A DNA stretch of 64,000 bases from Bdellovibrionia bacterium. GTDB taxonomy: Bacteria > Bdellovibrionota > Bdellovibrionia > Bdellovibrionales > JAUICD01. The stretch is taken from the NCBI GenBank assembly GCA_030427965.1, contig JAUICD010000006.1, positions 6,769 through 70,768 on the forward strand. Reading direction: 5' to 3'. Positions 30,735 through 39,403 of the stretch are shown here, piece by piece; position 1 is the first letter of the stretch, and each line of letters starts with the position of its first letter. The notes below the pieces were generated by a model, which did no database searches, was not told where the DNA came from, and saw only the letters and a program-made list of their open reading frames with translations. The position numbers and the translations under genes are program-made.

Positions 30735-32049
30735 TTGCGACAATAGATTCAATTTTTTGTAGAAATGATTTGGCGATATGAGATCTTGTGTGTGGATCCA
30801 ATTGGGCGGAGGACACCCTTGAAAGCGATTTTCTCTCAATAATCTCTTGTTGAATTGCCTCTTCGATTTTTTTACTATTTGTTCCAAAGCAAGTTCCGGC
30901 TTTTAGAGAGTGAATAATGTGCCCTGTCCCTGAGTTCGTATTTTCTATTCCCACTGCCCAAATTGGATTTCCGCTAAAGAGATACTCGTAGAGCTTTCCT
31001 GGATAAACCCCACCTCCCATTGCCCCTTCTTTTTCAAGAAACAAAAGAATATCGCAGTCTCTTTGCATACGAAGGGAGTCTTCTCTTGAAGATTGAGGCA
31101 GGATTTCTACATATGTTTCTATTCCATAGGATTGAACAAGAGGGATGAGGGTATCGACATTTCCTCCAACAAAGATCACTTTAATTTTGAGATTTTTATT
31201 TCTTGTCAAAAAATTTTGAATTGCTTGAAACAGGGGGGATGGGTCACGAGTTCCGGGATAGATATTTCCAGTGTAAACAATTCGAAAGTATTCATCATTT
31301 GGAAAAATTGGAGTTGTATCTAAATTTTTCAAATCTGATGGATCAAATCCATTGGGAACTGTCAGTGATTCTGTTTGAAACCTTTCATTTAGTTTTTTTG
31401 CAAAAATAGGGCTTACTGCAGAGAATAGGTCAGCATGAGTGAGTAGTCTTTTTTCAAATACATGTTCAAAGGCTCGTATGATCGGTATTCCTGTAAAGAG
31501 GTGGTTGTCTGTCCAAGGGTCTCTGAAATCTGCAATCCAATGCTGAGCAACTCCTAGAGATTTCAGTTTTTTTGCTACAACATGTCCGCCGTAGGGACTA
31601 AAAGTGCTCACCACAACATCCCAGGTTTTGTTTTGTGACTTTAGATATTGGGTAGCAGGTGTGATCCATGTTGTTGAGATGTCAGGCCACCTTACGGAAC
31701 TACCAAGTCCCATCGTCTTTAACTTTTTCCATAGATTTGAAAGAAGTATTTTAAAAAAAATTTTTGATTGAGATTTATTGACTGAACTGGAATGAGATGA
31801 GGGCTTTAAGTGTTTTTGATAAAAGTTTTTTGTAGCAAAGTAAAGCCGTGAAGGCTCAATTTCATGAACATGAAATCCAGTCATTTTAAGATTTAAATTG
31901 GTAGGATCATCTTCATCGTGTGAGTACGTTGCAACATCCACTTCGTGGCCCTCTTCACTCCAATATTTGGCCCAAGAGTAGGGGCGAAGAGAGCCCATTG
32001 TGTTTTTGGGTGGAAAAAAGGGGGCGATGATCAAAATTTTCATACCCAT
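30721..32049 (-). CDS. glycosyltransferase (GT4-like)
   Basis: 442 aa. ILIIAPFFPPKNTMGSLRPYSWAKYWSEEGHEVDVAT and PGKLYEYLFSGNPIWAVG. Paralogous by eye to the 17124-18386 product. Confidence 0.6.
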   Translation of the reverse strand: MGMKILIIAPFFPPKNTMGSLRPYSWAKYWSEEGHEVDVATYSHDEDDPTNLNLKMTGFHVHEIEPSRLYFATKNFYQKHLKPSSHSSSVNKSQSKIFFKILLSNLWKKLKTMGLGSSVRWPDISTTWITPATQYLKSQNKTWDVVVSTFSPYGGHVVAKKLKSLGVAQHWIADFRDPWTDNHLFTGIPIIRAFEHVFEKRLLTHADLFSAVSPIFAKKLNERFQTESLTVPNGFDPSDLKNLDTTPIFPNDEYFRIVYTGNIYPGTRDPSPLFQAIQNFLTRNKNLKIKVIFVGGNVDTLIPLVQSYGIETYVEILPQSSREDSLRMQRDCDILLFLEKEGAMGGGVYPGKLYEYLFSGNPIWAVGIENTNSGTGHIIHSLKAGTCFGTNSKKIEEAIQQEIIERKSLSRVSSAQLDPHTRSHIAKSFLQKIESIVAIKDL

Positions 32050-32158
32050 ACTCTATTTTCTTCAAAGGGTTTTGTCGACTGTTGATATACAGTAAGTAGC
32101 ATAGAATTGTTACTTAGAGCAGTTTTGAGTATTGTGAAGCGAGAGTTTCTATATGAAG

Positions 32159-32449
32159 TTATGAAGCCTTATCTTCGATTTCCCAATTGAATTTGCTGTC
32201 TTTTTCGTCAAATCCATCAATCAAGAAGACTGTGGCTGTAGATTCATTAATTTTTGAGTTATTGTCTTGAGAAATGTGACCTTTGTTTGACCTTTCAATT
32301 AATGAATACCAGCTCAAAGAGGTGAGCACGAGTATCCCACAGCTCAAAATTGCAAGTTGCCATTTTGAGCTGTAATAACTGGTGGCCCCAATCAAGAGGC
32401 CAAGAGGATATCCCGTAGTTGTGATTAGAGCCTGAATCTTCATTACCAA
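32159..32449 (-). CDS. small hypothetical membrane protein
   Basis: 96-aa ORF with two hydrophobic segments. Overlaps the upstream gene by 7 nt, suggesting co-translation. No recognisable family. Confidence 0.4.
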   Translation of the reverse strand: MVMKIQALITTTGYPLGLLIGATSYYSSKWQLAILSCGILVLTSLSWYSLIERSNKGHISQDNNSKINESTATVFLIDGFDEKDSKFNWEIEDKAS

Positions 32450-33432
32450 ATCAATGCAACATTGTCTTGGGTTGGGATTGAGGTTTTACCTTTTTTGGAA
32501 ATAATCTCGATTTTTATTTCATAACCAGAATCAGTGCTTTCACCCTTTTCAAATGATGGTTTCCAACCATACATTCGTTGTATAAAACGAGATACAATTC
32601 TTACGACAGACCCTGGAGTGTTGGGGCTTACGCGTATGATAACTTTTTCAAAATCATAGGATTCTCTGAAGTTTTTAACAAGTTTTGTGAAAATTTGAGA
32701 TCCCTCAATTCCAACACGAGGACGTGAATCGTCAAACATGAGTATTGCTCTTGCATCAATGCTTAGAACAGCTCCGTCATCTACCTTTTTAAGATTTGCA
32801 TATTTCTTTCCAAAGGTTTTGTTGATTTCACGAATAAGCCCTTTGTTTTCCTTATTTTTCTCTTTTTCAAGAGAGGTAAGAAGGTTTTTTCTTTTTTCAA
32901 CCTCAGGATCTATTTTCTTTAAATCTTCTTCTTTGACTTTGGTTTCAATTTTTAGAGGCTCTGCTTTGGCCACAACTAGCTCAGGTTTTGGCTCAAAGGA
33001 TTTAAAGATATTATCTCCAATAACACTTTTAATTTTAGCCATTTTATCAAGCCGCTTTTTATGCACGCCTTTGATTTGATGAAGATTTGCGATACTTTCT
33101 TGAAGAGCTGAAATTCTGTCATTCAGTTTCTCTATTGTATCGTTGTCGAGTTCAATTGTTCCCTTCACCATTTTGGCTAACTGATATATTCGATTTACGC
33201 CGGGATCATCGGATTCACTGTATTTATTGACTCGAGCGGGTGCATCTGGGAGTTGAATTTTTTCAGTTGGAGACATCATTTCTTTCCGATTTGAAACTTC
33301 CGTCTTTTCTGATGTAGATTTCACTAGATGTGTTTCTTTGGTTTTCTCAGATGAAAGCGTTGTTTTTAATACCGCTATCGCGAGAACAAAGAAAATAAAT
33401 GTACCTAAACTAACCCCAATGACTTTTCTCAT
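32443..33432 (-). CDS. hypothetical N-terminally anchored protein with a Lys/Glu-rich coiled-coil region
   Basis: 329 aa. N-terminal TM VIGVSLGTFIFFVLAIAVL, a long charged helical middle, and a compact C-terminal domain. ATG preceded by GGGAGA. Confidence 0.5.
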   Translation of the reverse strand: MRKVIGVSLGTFIFFVLAIAVLKTTLSSEKTKETHLVKSTSEKTEVSNRKEMMSPTEKIQLPDAPARVNKYSESDDPGVNRIYQLAKMVKGTIELDNDTIEKLNDRISALQESIANLHQIKGVHKKRLDKMAKIKSVIGDNIFKSFEPKPELVVAKAEPLKIETKVKEEDLKKIDPEVEKRKNLLTSLEKEKNKENKGLIREINKTFGKKYANLKKVDDGAVLSIDARAILMFDDSRPRVGIEGSQIFTKLVKNFRESYDFEKVIIRVSPNTPGSVVRIVSRFIQRMYGWKPSFEKGESTDSGYEIKIEIISKKGKTSIPTQDNVALIW

Positions 33433-33557
33433 GACTTAATCTCCCTATTCCTTTAAGGAATTTAGAAGCCTCTTTGAGTTATCAACAGCTTCTAAAACAC
33501 TTATCGAAATGGTTTTGGACAAAATTGAGACTAGTTTAGAAAAAAATTGAATTCTTT

Positions 33558-34931
33558 TTACAGGTTTTTGGTTGAGCGACCTCGACCATAGTCGTCTTCA
33601 TAGCGAGTGATGTCATCTTCGTCAAAAGACTCTCCTGTTTGAACTTCTACAAATTCCAGAAGTTTATCTGTTGCATTTCGCATTCTGTGTTTAGAGCCCT
33701 TTGGTATAAAGATAGATTCACCGACGTTTAGGTGAAAGACTTTGTCGTCTAAAACAACCTCTGCGACTCCATTGACGATAACCCAGTGTTCGGATCGCTT
33801 TGTGTGGGACTGGTAACTCAATTGATGGCCAGGCCGAACTCGAATGATTTTGGATTTGAAGCTTTCATCATCTCGGATGACTTCAAATTCCCCCCATGGG
33901 CGAAAGTCTATAAAATTTTCTCTTAGAAGATCTTTATGTCCATTTTTGAACTGATTCACAATCTCTTTTACTTCTTGAGAAGATCCTTTTTTTGCAATGA
34001 GAATTGCATCTGCTGAATCAACAACAATAAGATTCTCGGTATCGACAAACGCCACGGTCTTTTTACCAATTGCTGAATTCCCTTTGGCTGATGTGCTTTC
34101 AAGAACAGTGCTTCTTGAGATATCAGATTCCAATAAATCATCCCAACTGCCAGCATCACTCCATCCAAAGGAGGATGGAATGCATGCTACAGATTTCGCA
34201 TTTTCCATAATACCGTAGTCCAAACTTGTAGATGGAAGTGATTCATAAACTTCACAAATATTGGAAAAATCTTGATTCAATTGTTCAATTTTTTTCCAAA
34301 GATCTGGCATTTGTTTTTGGAACTCTTTAATCATTGTGGATATTTGAAATACAAAAATCCCAGCATTCCAAAAATGTTTCTTAGAGTTCAAGTATGTGTT
34401 TGCTTTGGTATTGTCTGGTTTTTCATGAAACTGCTGAGTTTTAAAAACTCCCTTTTGCAGTTCCTCACCAATTTCAAGATATCCAAATCCAGTTGCAGCA
34501 TAGGTTGGTTCAATGCCGAGTGTGACGATATGGTTGTTCTCGGCCACGCTCTTTGCAAGAGTTACGGCACTTAAAAAAGAGGATTTATCTTTGACAATGT
34601 GGTCTGCTGGAAAAATCCCAGCAATTTCAGTTTGGCGCTCGTTTTGTTGAAAGTGGTGACAGAGAGTGGCAACTGCGGCGGCTGTGTTTCGCGCAATGGG
34701 TTCAAAAATAATTTGTTTTTGATCAAATGCATTTCTCTCGAATATGGAAGAAGTCAGGGAGAATTGGTCGACATGTGATATGACCCAGGGGTCTCCAAGG
34801 TCATTAATACGATCCAGAGTCATTTCAAAAAGAGATTTGCCCCATAGCGGCAGAAATTGTTTAGGGTAGTTTGAGCGAGAAAGTGGCCAAAGCCTAGTGC
34901 CTGAACCACCTGAAAGAATTACTGGAATCAT
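33558..34931 (-). CDS. manC: mannose-1-phosphate guanylyltransferase / mannose-6-phosphate isomerase (type II PMI-GMP)
   Basis: MIPVILSGGSGTRLWPLSR at the proposed start (ATG 34931). C-terminal cupin RPWGEFEVI...SYQSHTKRSEHWVIV...HRMRN. The track start 35009 adds 26 hydrophobic residues and would overlap the divergent GT gene. Confidence 0.85.
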   Translation of the reverse strand: MIPVILSGGSGTRLWPLSRSNYPKQFLPLWGKSLFEMTLDRINDLGDPWVISHVDQFSLTSSIFERNAFDQKQIIFEPIARNTAAAVATLCHHFQQNERQTEIAGIFPADHIVKDKSSFLSAVTLAKSVAENNHIVTLGIEPTYAATGFGYLEIGEELQKGVFKTQQFHEKPDNTKANTYLNSKKHFWNAGIFVFQISTMIKEFQKQMPDLWKKIEQLNQDFSNICEVYESLPSTSLDYGIMENAKSVACIPSSFGWSDAGSWDDLLESDISRSTVLESTSAKGNSAIGKKTVAFVDTENLIVVDSADAILIAKKGSSQEVKEIVNQFKNGHKDLLRENFIDFRPWGEFEVIRDDESFKSKIIRVRPGHQLSYQSHTKRSEHWVIVNGVAEVVLDDKVFHLNVGESIFIPKGSKHRMRNATDKLLEFVEVQTGESFDEDDITRYEDDYGRGRSTKNL

Positions 34932-34989
34932 CGTGAAATATTGGGCGACAATGCTTATAAAGTAAAGAGAAAGAGGGCTCGTTATTACT

Positions 34990-36081
34990 ATGCAGAAACG
35001 AAAAATCACAATTTTGACGGCTAATACGCAGGGCGGTGGAGCCGCACATATACTGGAGTTGATTTCTCGGATGGAGAGATCTGAATTTCAGATCGACTTT
35101 ATTGCTCCTGACAATGGACCTTATTGGGCGCCAATTGTGGAGAGGGCTGATAGCTCTTGGCGTGTCCCATTTCGTAGAAAGAAGCTGATTTCATTTTTTT
35201 TGATCTTTGTTCGACTTGTTCGAAATCGTCCTGATGTTTTGCACACCCATGGTCGGGGAGCTGGATACTTTGGGCGCCTGCTAGGAGGTATTCTTGGCAT
35301 TTCTGTTCTTCACACCTTTCACGGAATTCAATATGGAAAGTATTCGAACGTTAAGAGGCGGTTTTTTTACAAACTTGAAGCTATTCTTGCAAGATTTACC
35401 CAGCAGCATATTTGTGTCAGTGACTCTGAGTACAAGGCTGTCACTCAATTAAAACTTGCCCCTCCAGCCAAGTGTTGTGTGATAAAAAATGGGGTCGACT
35501 TTAAGTGTGAAATCTCGCCCAGAACATCGATTCGTCGTGAATTGGGTATTGATGAAAATATTAAAATCATTGTGAGCATTAGTAGGATTTCTCCTGAAAA
35601 ACGTATCGAAGACATTATAAATGCACATGCTCAACTGAGTTTTGAAGCTGAACTGCTAATAGTGGGAGGAGTGCAAGAAGGGGCTGAGAGATACAGTGAG
35701 ATGTTGTTGGATCTTACTAAATCAAGAAAGAAAGTACATTTTTTAGGGAATAGAAGTGATGTCTTAGACATTTTAAAAGAAGCAGATCTGTTTATTACGT
35801 CCTCTCTTTGGGAAGGACTTCCTTTGACCCCTCTTGAATCTGTTCGTGTGAAAACCCCTGTTTTAGCTTCAAAAATTTCACCTCATAGAGAAATTCTTGG
35901 AGAAGAAGAGTGCCAGTACTTTGAACCTCAAGATGCTTCAACGTTGAAAGAGAGAATAGAATATTTCTATTTGAATCCAGATCTTTTTAAAAGAATTTCT
36001 GAAAAAAACTATGTACAAGCAGAACAAGAGTTCAATGTGGATAAAATGGCTTTTGAAACAATGAATCTATATCGAAGTTAA
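34990..36081 (+). CDS. glycosyltransferase family 4
   Basis: 363 aa. GGGAAHILEL at the N-terminus and the EX7E motif SSLWEGLPLTPLESVRVKTPVLAS. Confidence 0.8.
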   Translation: MQKRKITILTANTQGGGAAHILELISRMERSEFQIDFIAPDNGPYWAPIVERADSSWRVPFRRKKLISFFLIFVRLVRNRPDVLHTHGRGAGYFGRLLGGILGISVLHTFHGIQYGKYSNVKRRFFYKLEAILARFTQQHICVSDSEYKAVTQLKLAPPAKCCVIKNGVDFKCEISPRTSIRRELGIDENIKIIVSISRISPEKRIEDIINAHAQLSFEAELLIVGGVQEGAERYSEMLLDLTKSRKKVHFLGNRSDVLDILKEADLFITSSLWEGLPLTPLESVRVKTPVLASKISPHREILGEEECQYFEPQDASTLKERIEYFYLNPDLFKRISEKNYVQAEQEFNVDKMAFETMNLYRS

Positions 36082-36099
36082 AACGTCAGGGTCTTGAAT

Positions 36100-37929
36100 T
36101 CAATCAAGTTCAACATTTCTGGTGTAGTCGTTTGTCAGTTGAGAGTTTTGGTGAGTCTTCATAATTAAAAAATTATCTATTACAAGAAGATCTAAGTTTG
36201 TTCCCATAAAGCAGCGAAAAGCATCTTCTGGAGTGCAAACGATGGGTTCCCCTCGAATATTGAAACTTGTGTTCACGAGCACAGGGCAGTCTGTAAGCTC
36301 ATTGAAGTGGCTTAAGAGTTTGTGGAATTTGGGATTTGTTGCTTTATCAACTGTTTGAACTCGAGCCGAGTGATCCACATGCGTAACAGCTGGAATTTTT
36401 GATCTTTTCAAGTTGAGTTTTGATATTCCAAATAACCCCTCTTGTTTTTCGTAGCTGGTACGAATGGACTTGTCTAAGTCAGCAACGATGAGCATATAGG
36501 GACTTGATTTCTCTAGTTGAAACCATTTGTGTGACTCTTCTTTCAAAACAGATGGGGCAAAGGGGCGAAAGGATTCCCGAAACTTTATCTTCAAATTGAG
36601 GTTTTTTTGCATATTTTCATTTCGGGGATCAGCAACAATAGAACGCGCCCCCAGAGCTCTTGGGCCAAACTCCATTCGGCCTTGAAACCAACCCACTGCC
36701 ATTCCTTCACTCAGTGATTTGGAAACAAATTTGTACATTTCCTCTTCTGTCTCTTCTTTGTAGACAGCCCCTAGGTTGTCGAGTGCCGAGACAATGTCTT
36801 TTGATTTATAACTCGGACCCAGATAAGACCCTTTCATGCAATCGGACTTTTGAGTGATACGAGGTTTTTGGTGATAGGAGTGATACGCCAGTAGTGCCAC
36901 ACCAAGTGCGCCCCCAGCATCTCCTGCAGCAGGTTGAATCCATAAATTCTCAACGACTTTATTTTTGAGAAGCTTTCCATTTGCAACACAGTTGAGAGCA
37001 ACCCCTCCTGCTAAGCAGAGGTTTTTCTGTCCAAATTCTTTAAGCTGTGAACATGCAATTTTCTCAACGATCATTTCCGTTACAGACTGAACACTTGCGG
37101 CCATATCCATTTGAAACTGTGTAATCGGGGTTTCAGGTCTTCGAGCTTTCTCTCCAAATAATTGATCAAATTTGGAATTTGTCATTTTCATTTCTGTGCA
37201 AAAGGCAAAGTAATTCATATTGAGGCGAAAGGACCCATCGTCTTTGATGTCAATCAAGTGCTCCAAAATAAGGTCTTTAAACCTTGGAGTTCCATAAGGT
37301 GCAAGCCCCATGAGTTTGTATTCACCAGAATTGACTTTAAATCCAGAGTGATAGGTGAAGGCTGAGTACAAAAGCCCCAGAGAGTGAGGAAAGTGAATTT
37401 CTTTTTTTATCTCAATGGAGCTCTTTGAACCAATTGCCACACTTGTTGTGGCCCATTCACCAACTCCGTCCAGAGTCAGAATCAATGCTTCATCATAAGG
37501 TGAGGGGTAAAATGCACTGGCTGCGTGAGAGAGATGATGTTCACCAAAGAGAAGGCGCTGACGAATGTTTTTAGAATTGAAATCTCTTTCCAAACTTTGA
37601 ACAAGTAAGTCTTTTTGAAAAAGTTTTTCTTTAATCCAAATAGGCAAGGATTTTGAAAATGAAAGAAAACCCTTCGGTGCAGTGGCAAGGTAGGTTTCAA
37701 GAAGTCGTTCAAATTTCAAGAATGGTTTATCATAAAAGGCTATGGAGTCGATATCATCGAGTTGAATACCTTCGTATGTAAGACAGTACTCAATTGCATT
37801 TTTGGGAAAAGAGCTGTCGTGTTTTTTGCGAGTGAATCGTTCCTCTTGAGCGGCTGCGACAATTTCTCCATCCTTAATAAGTGCGGCAGCGCTGTCGTGA
37901 TAGTAAGCAGAAATTCCCAGAACATACAT
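36100..37929 (-). CDS. carbamoyltransferase (NodU/CmcH family)
   Basis: 609 aa. MYVLGISAYYHDSAAALIKDGEIVAAAQEERFTRKKHD, LAGGVALNCVANG, and C-terminal VNTSFNIRGEPIV. Confidence 0.9.
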   Translation of the reverse strand: MYVLGISAYYHDSAAALIKDGEIVAAAQEERFTRKKHDSSFPKNAIEYCLTYEGIQLDDIDSIAFYDKPFLKFERLLETYLATAPKGFLSFSKSLPIWIKEKLFQKDLLVQSLERDFNSKNIRQRLLFGEHHLSHAASAFYPSPYDEALILTLDGVGEWATTSVAIGSKSSIEIKKEIHFPHSLGLLYSAFTYHSGFKVNSGEYKLMGLAPYGTPRFKDLILEHLIDIKDDGSFRLNMNYFAFCTEMKMTNSKFDQLFGEKARRPETPITQFQMDMAASVQSVTEMIVEKIACSQLKEFGQKNLCLAGGVALNCVANGKLLKNKVVENLWIQPAAGDAGGALGVALLAYHSYHQKPRITQKSDCMKGSYLGPSYKSKDIVSALDNLGAVYKEETEEEMYKFVSKSLSEGMAVGWFQGRMEFGPRALGARSIVADPRNENMQKNLNLKIKFRESFRPFAPSVLKEESHKWFQLEKSSPYMLIVADLDKSIRTSYEKQEGLFGISKLNLKRSKIPAVTHVDHSARVQTVDKATNPKFHKLLSHFNELTDCPVLVNTSFNIRGEPIVCTPEDAFRCFMGTNLDLLVIDNFLIMKTHQNSQLTNDYTRNVELD

Positions 37930-37930
37930 A

Positions 37931-38329
37931 TTAATAAGGTTTTTTCATCTGTTGAGGGTTTGGAGTTGTGCGGGAAATAAAATAAGATTTTACCTTTTTA
38001 TCCCACTTCTTCATAAGAGGGTCTTTGCCAAAGAGTTTCATAATTAAACCAGTTGGAGTGATAACCAAGTAAAAGATGAGAAAGAGAACTACTGGGCTTA
38101 CAATTTTATGAAGTAGCTCTCCAAATTTGAGCCAGAGAAAGTTTGGATATTTCAGTGAACTGGGCAAAAAAAGTGTTAGAAGTAAGAGTGTGATTGATGT
38201 AAGCAAATAGTAAATTTGAATTGGATACTGTTTAAGAAGTGGAAGCAAAGAAAGCACTAGGAAGATGCATGCAAACAAAAAACCAAACTGACGATTTGAA
38301 TTTACTGATACGAGCTGATATTTTTTCAT
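37931..38329 (-). CDS. small polytopic membrane protein (SxtJ-like, typical partner of carbamoyltransferases)
   Basis: 132 aa with 3-4 hydrophobic segments. Its stop lies 1 nt upstream of the carbamoyltransferase start. The family assignment comes from recalled context, not from a diagnostic motif. Confidence 0.4.
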   Translation of the reverse strand: MKKYQLVSVNSNRQFGFLFACIFLVLSLLPLLKQYPIQIYYLLTSITLLLLTLFLPSSLKYPNFLWLKFGELLHKIVSPVVLFLIFYLVITPTGLIMKLFGKDPLMKKWDKKVKSYFISRTTPNPQQMKKPY

Positions 38330-38394
38330 ACAGGGAGCATACAGAATAGATGATTCAGAGGCCAGCTTTTAACTCGTGATTGACGAAAAGGAGT

Positions 38395-38420
38395 CGAGAG
38401 CAAAGGAATGTTTGCTCTCG
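38395..38420 (-). terminator. putative rho-independent terminator of the 38436-38948 gene
   Basis: Perfect 10-bp inverted repeat CGAGAGCAAA / TTTGCTCTCG with a 6-nt loop, 15 nt past the stop codon. The minus-strand trailer ACTCCTTTTCGT is only moderately U-rich. Confidence 0.45.
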
Positions 38421-38435
38421 GTAAGGAAGTTGATT

Positions 38436-38948
38436 CTATTGAGGTCCTTGACATATAATCATGAAATCTCCATCGAGATTTGTTGAGTCTGTGTTTTGAA
38501 TATTTATTGTTACTGAAGAACTATTCACCGAAGTGATTCGAAGAGATTGATGGTCTAAACTTGTACCGACGCAGTTAGGAGTTGAAGAGAAGAGTTCTTC
38601 AAAGGTACAGGTGTAATTCCCTACAGACGGATTTGTGCAATTACCATCTATAAAATCAGAACTTTCATTTGAAACAGTTCCGACGCTCGATCCATCTGTT
38701 ATGAGAGCACTAAACACAGCCCAATTGGCTCCCCCAACTGGAGCTAGAAGTTCGTGTTCTCCCTCTGGGTTTACGACCTTTAGCCCCGAACCAATGTCAT
38801 AATAAATGAGTCCAGACTGATTTGGTGCGTCTGACTCATCTAGAACTATAGGTGCAATAAAATCAAAATTTAATAGATCTGAATTGGTTGCGATAACTGC
38901 GACGGGAATAGCTAGAGCTGTTAAAAACATAAAAATCTTTTTAAACAT
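38436..38948 (-). CDS. secreted hypothetical protein
   Basis: ATG 38948 is preceded by GGAGGA (6-nt spacing). Signal-peptide-like MFKKIFMFLTALAIPVAVIA. The mature part is Ser/Asn/Thr-rich with 4 Cys. Confidence 0.5.
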   Translation of the reverse strand: MFKKIFMFLTALAIPVAVIATNSDLLNFDFIAPIVLDESDAPNQSGLIYYDIGSGLKVVNPEGEHELLAPVGGANWAVFSALITDGSSVGTVSNESSDFIDGNCTNPSVGNYTCTFEELFSSTPNCVGTSLDHQSLRITSVNSSSVTINIQNTDSTNLDGDFMIICQGPQ

Positions 38949-39101
38949 ATTAATCCTCCATAAAAATTGTTTAGACATGGAATTATGTTGAGTTCTTAAA
39001 GTGTAATCAAGTCTAGTTTGTAAATAAAAATTATTTCCTTTGCTGATGGAATAAAGTTTGGGTTCTTGGTTGTTTGGGCAAGTAGGTGTAAGAAAAGAAA
39101 T

Positions 39102-39178
39102 TGGTGATTCGGCCAGGACTCGAACCTGGGACCCTCTGCTTAGAAGGCAGATGCTCTATCCAGCTGAGCTACCGAACC
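39102..39178 (-). tRNA. tRNA-Arg (anticodon UCU), CCA encoded
   Basis: Minus-strand sequence GGTTCGGTAGCTCAGCTGGATAGAGCATCTGCCTTCTAAGCAGAGGGTCCCAGGTTCGAGTCCTGGCCGAATCACCA. It folds as a cloverleaf with a 7-bp acceptor stem, D arm and T arm GGTTCGAGTCC. The anticodon stem TCTGC/GCAGA carries the loop CTTCTAA. Confidence 0.9.
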
Positions 39179-39335
39179 CCATAAATAATGAGGAAAGGTA
39201 ACCAAACTCTTTACGAGTATCAATACTTTCATGAGCGGATATGTGGTGTGGGGTTTTGATTTTGCTAAGCGTTAAAAGAGATGGTTGAGGGGGCACGACC
39301 TATATTTGATGTGCGTCATGGCAAAAAGAATCAAA

Positions 39336-39373
39336 GCCACCTTTTACCTCTAGTTTTTAGAGGAGAAGGTGGC
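39336..39373 (-). terminator. putative rho-independent terminator of nhaA
   Basis: Imperfect inverted repeat GCCACCTTTTACCTCT ... AGAGGAGAAGGTGGC (8 + 5 bp with a small internal bulge), 31 nt past the nhaA stop. On the minus strand it is followed by TTTGATTCTTTTT. Confidence 0.5.
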
Positions 39374-39403
39374 CCGCACTCTTTTTTGAGATACCTTCGT
39401 TAT

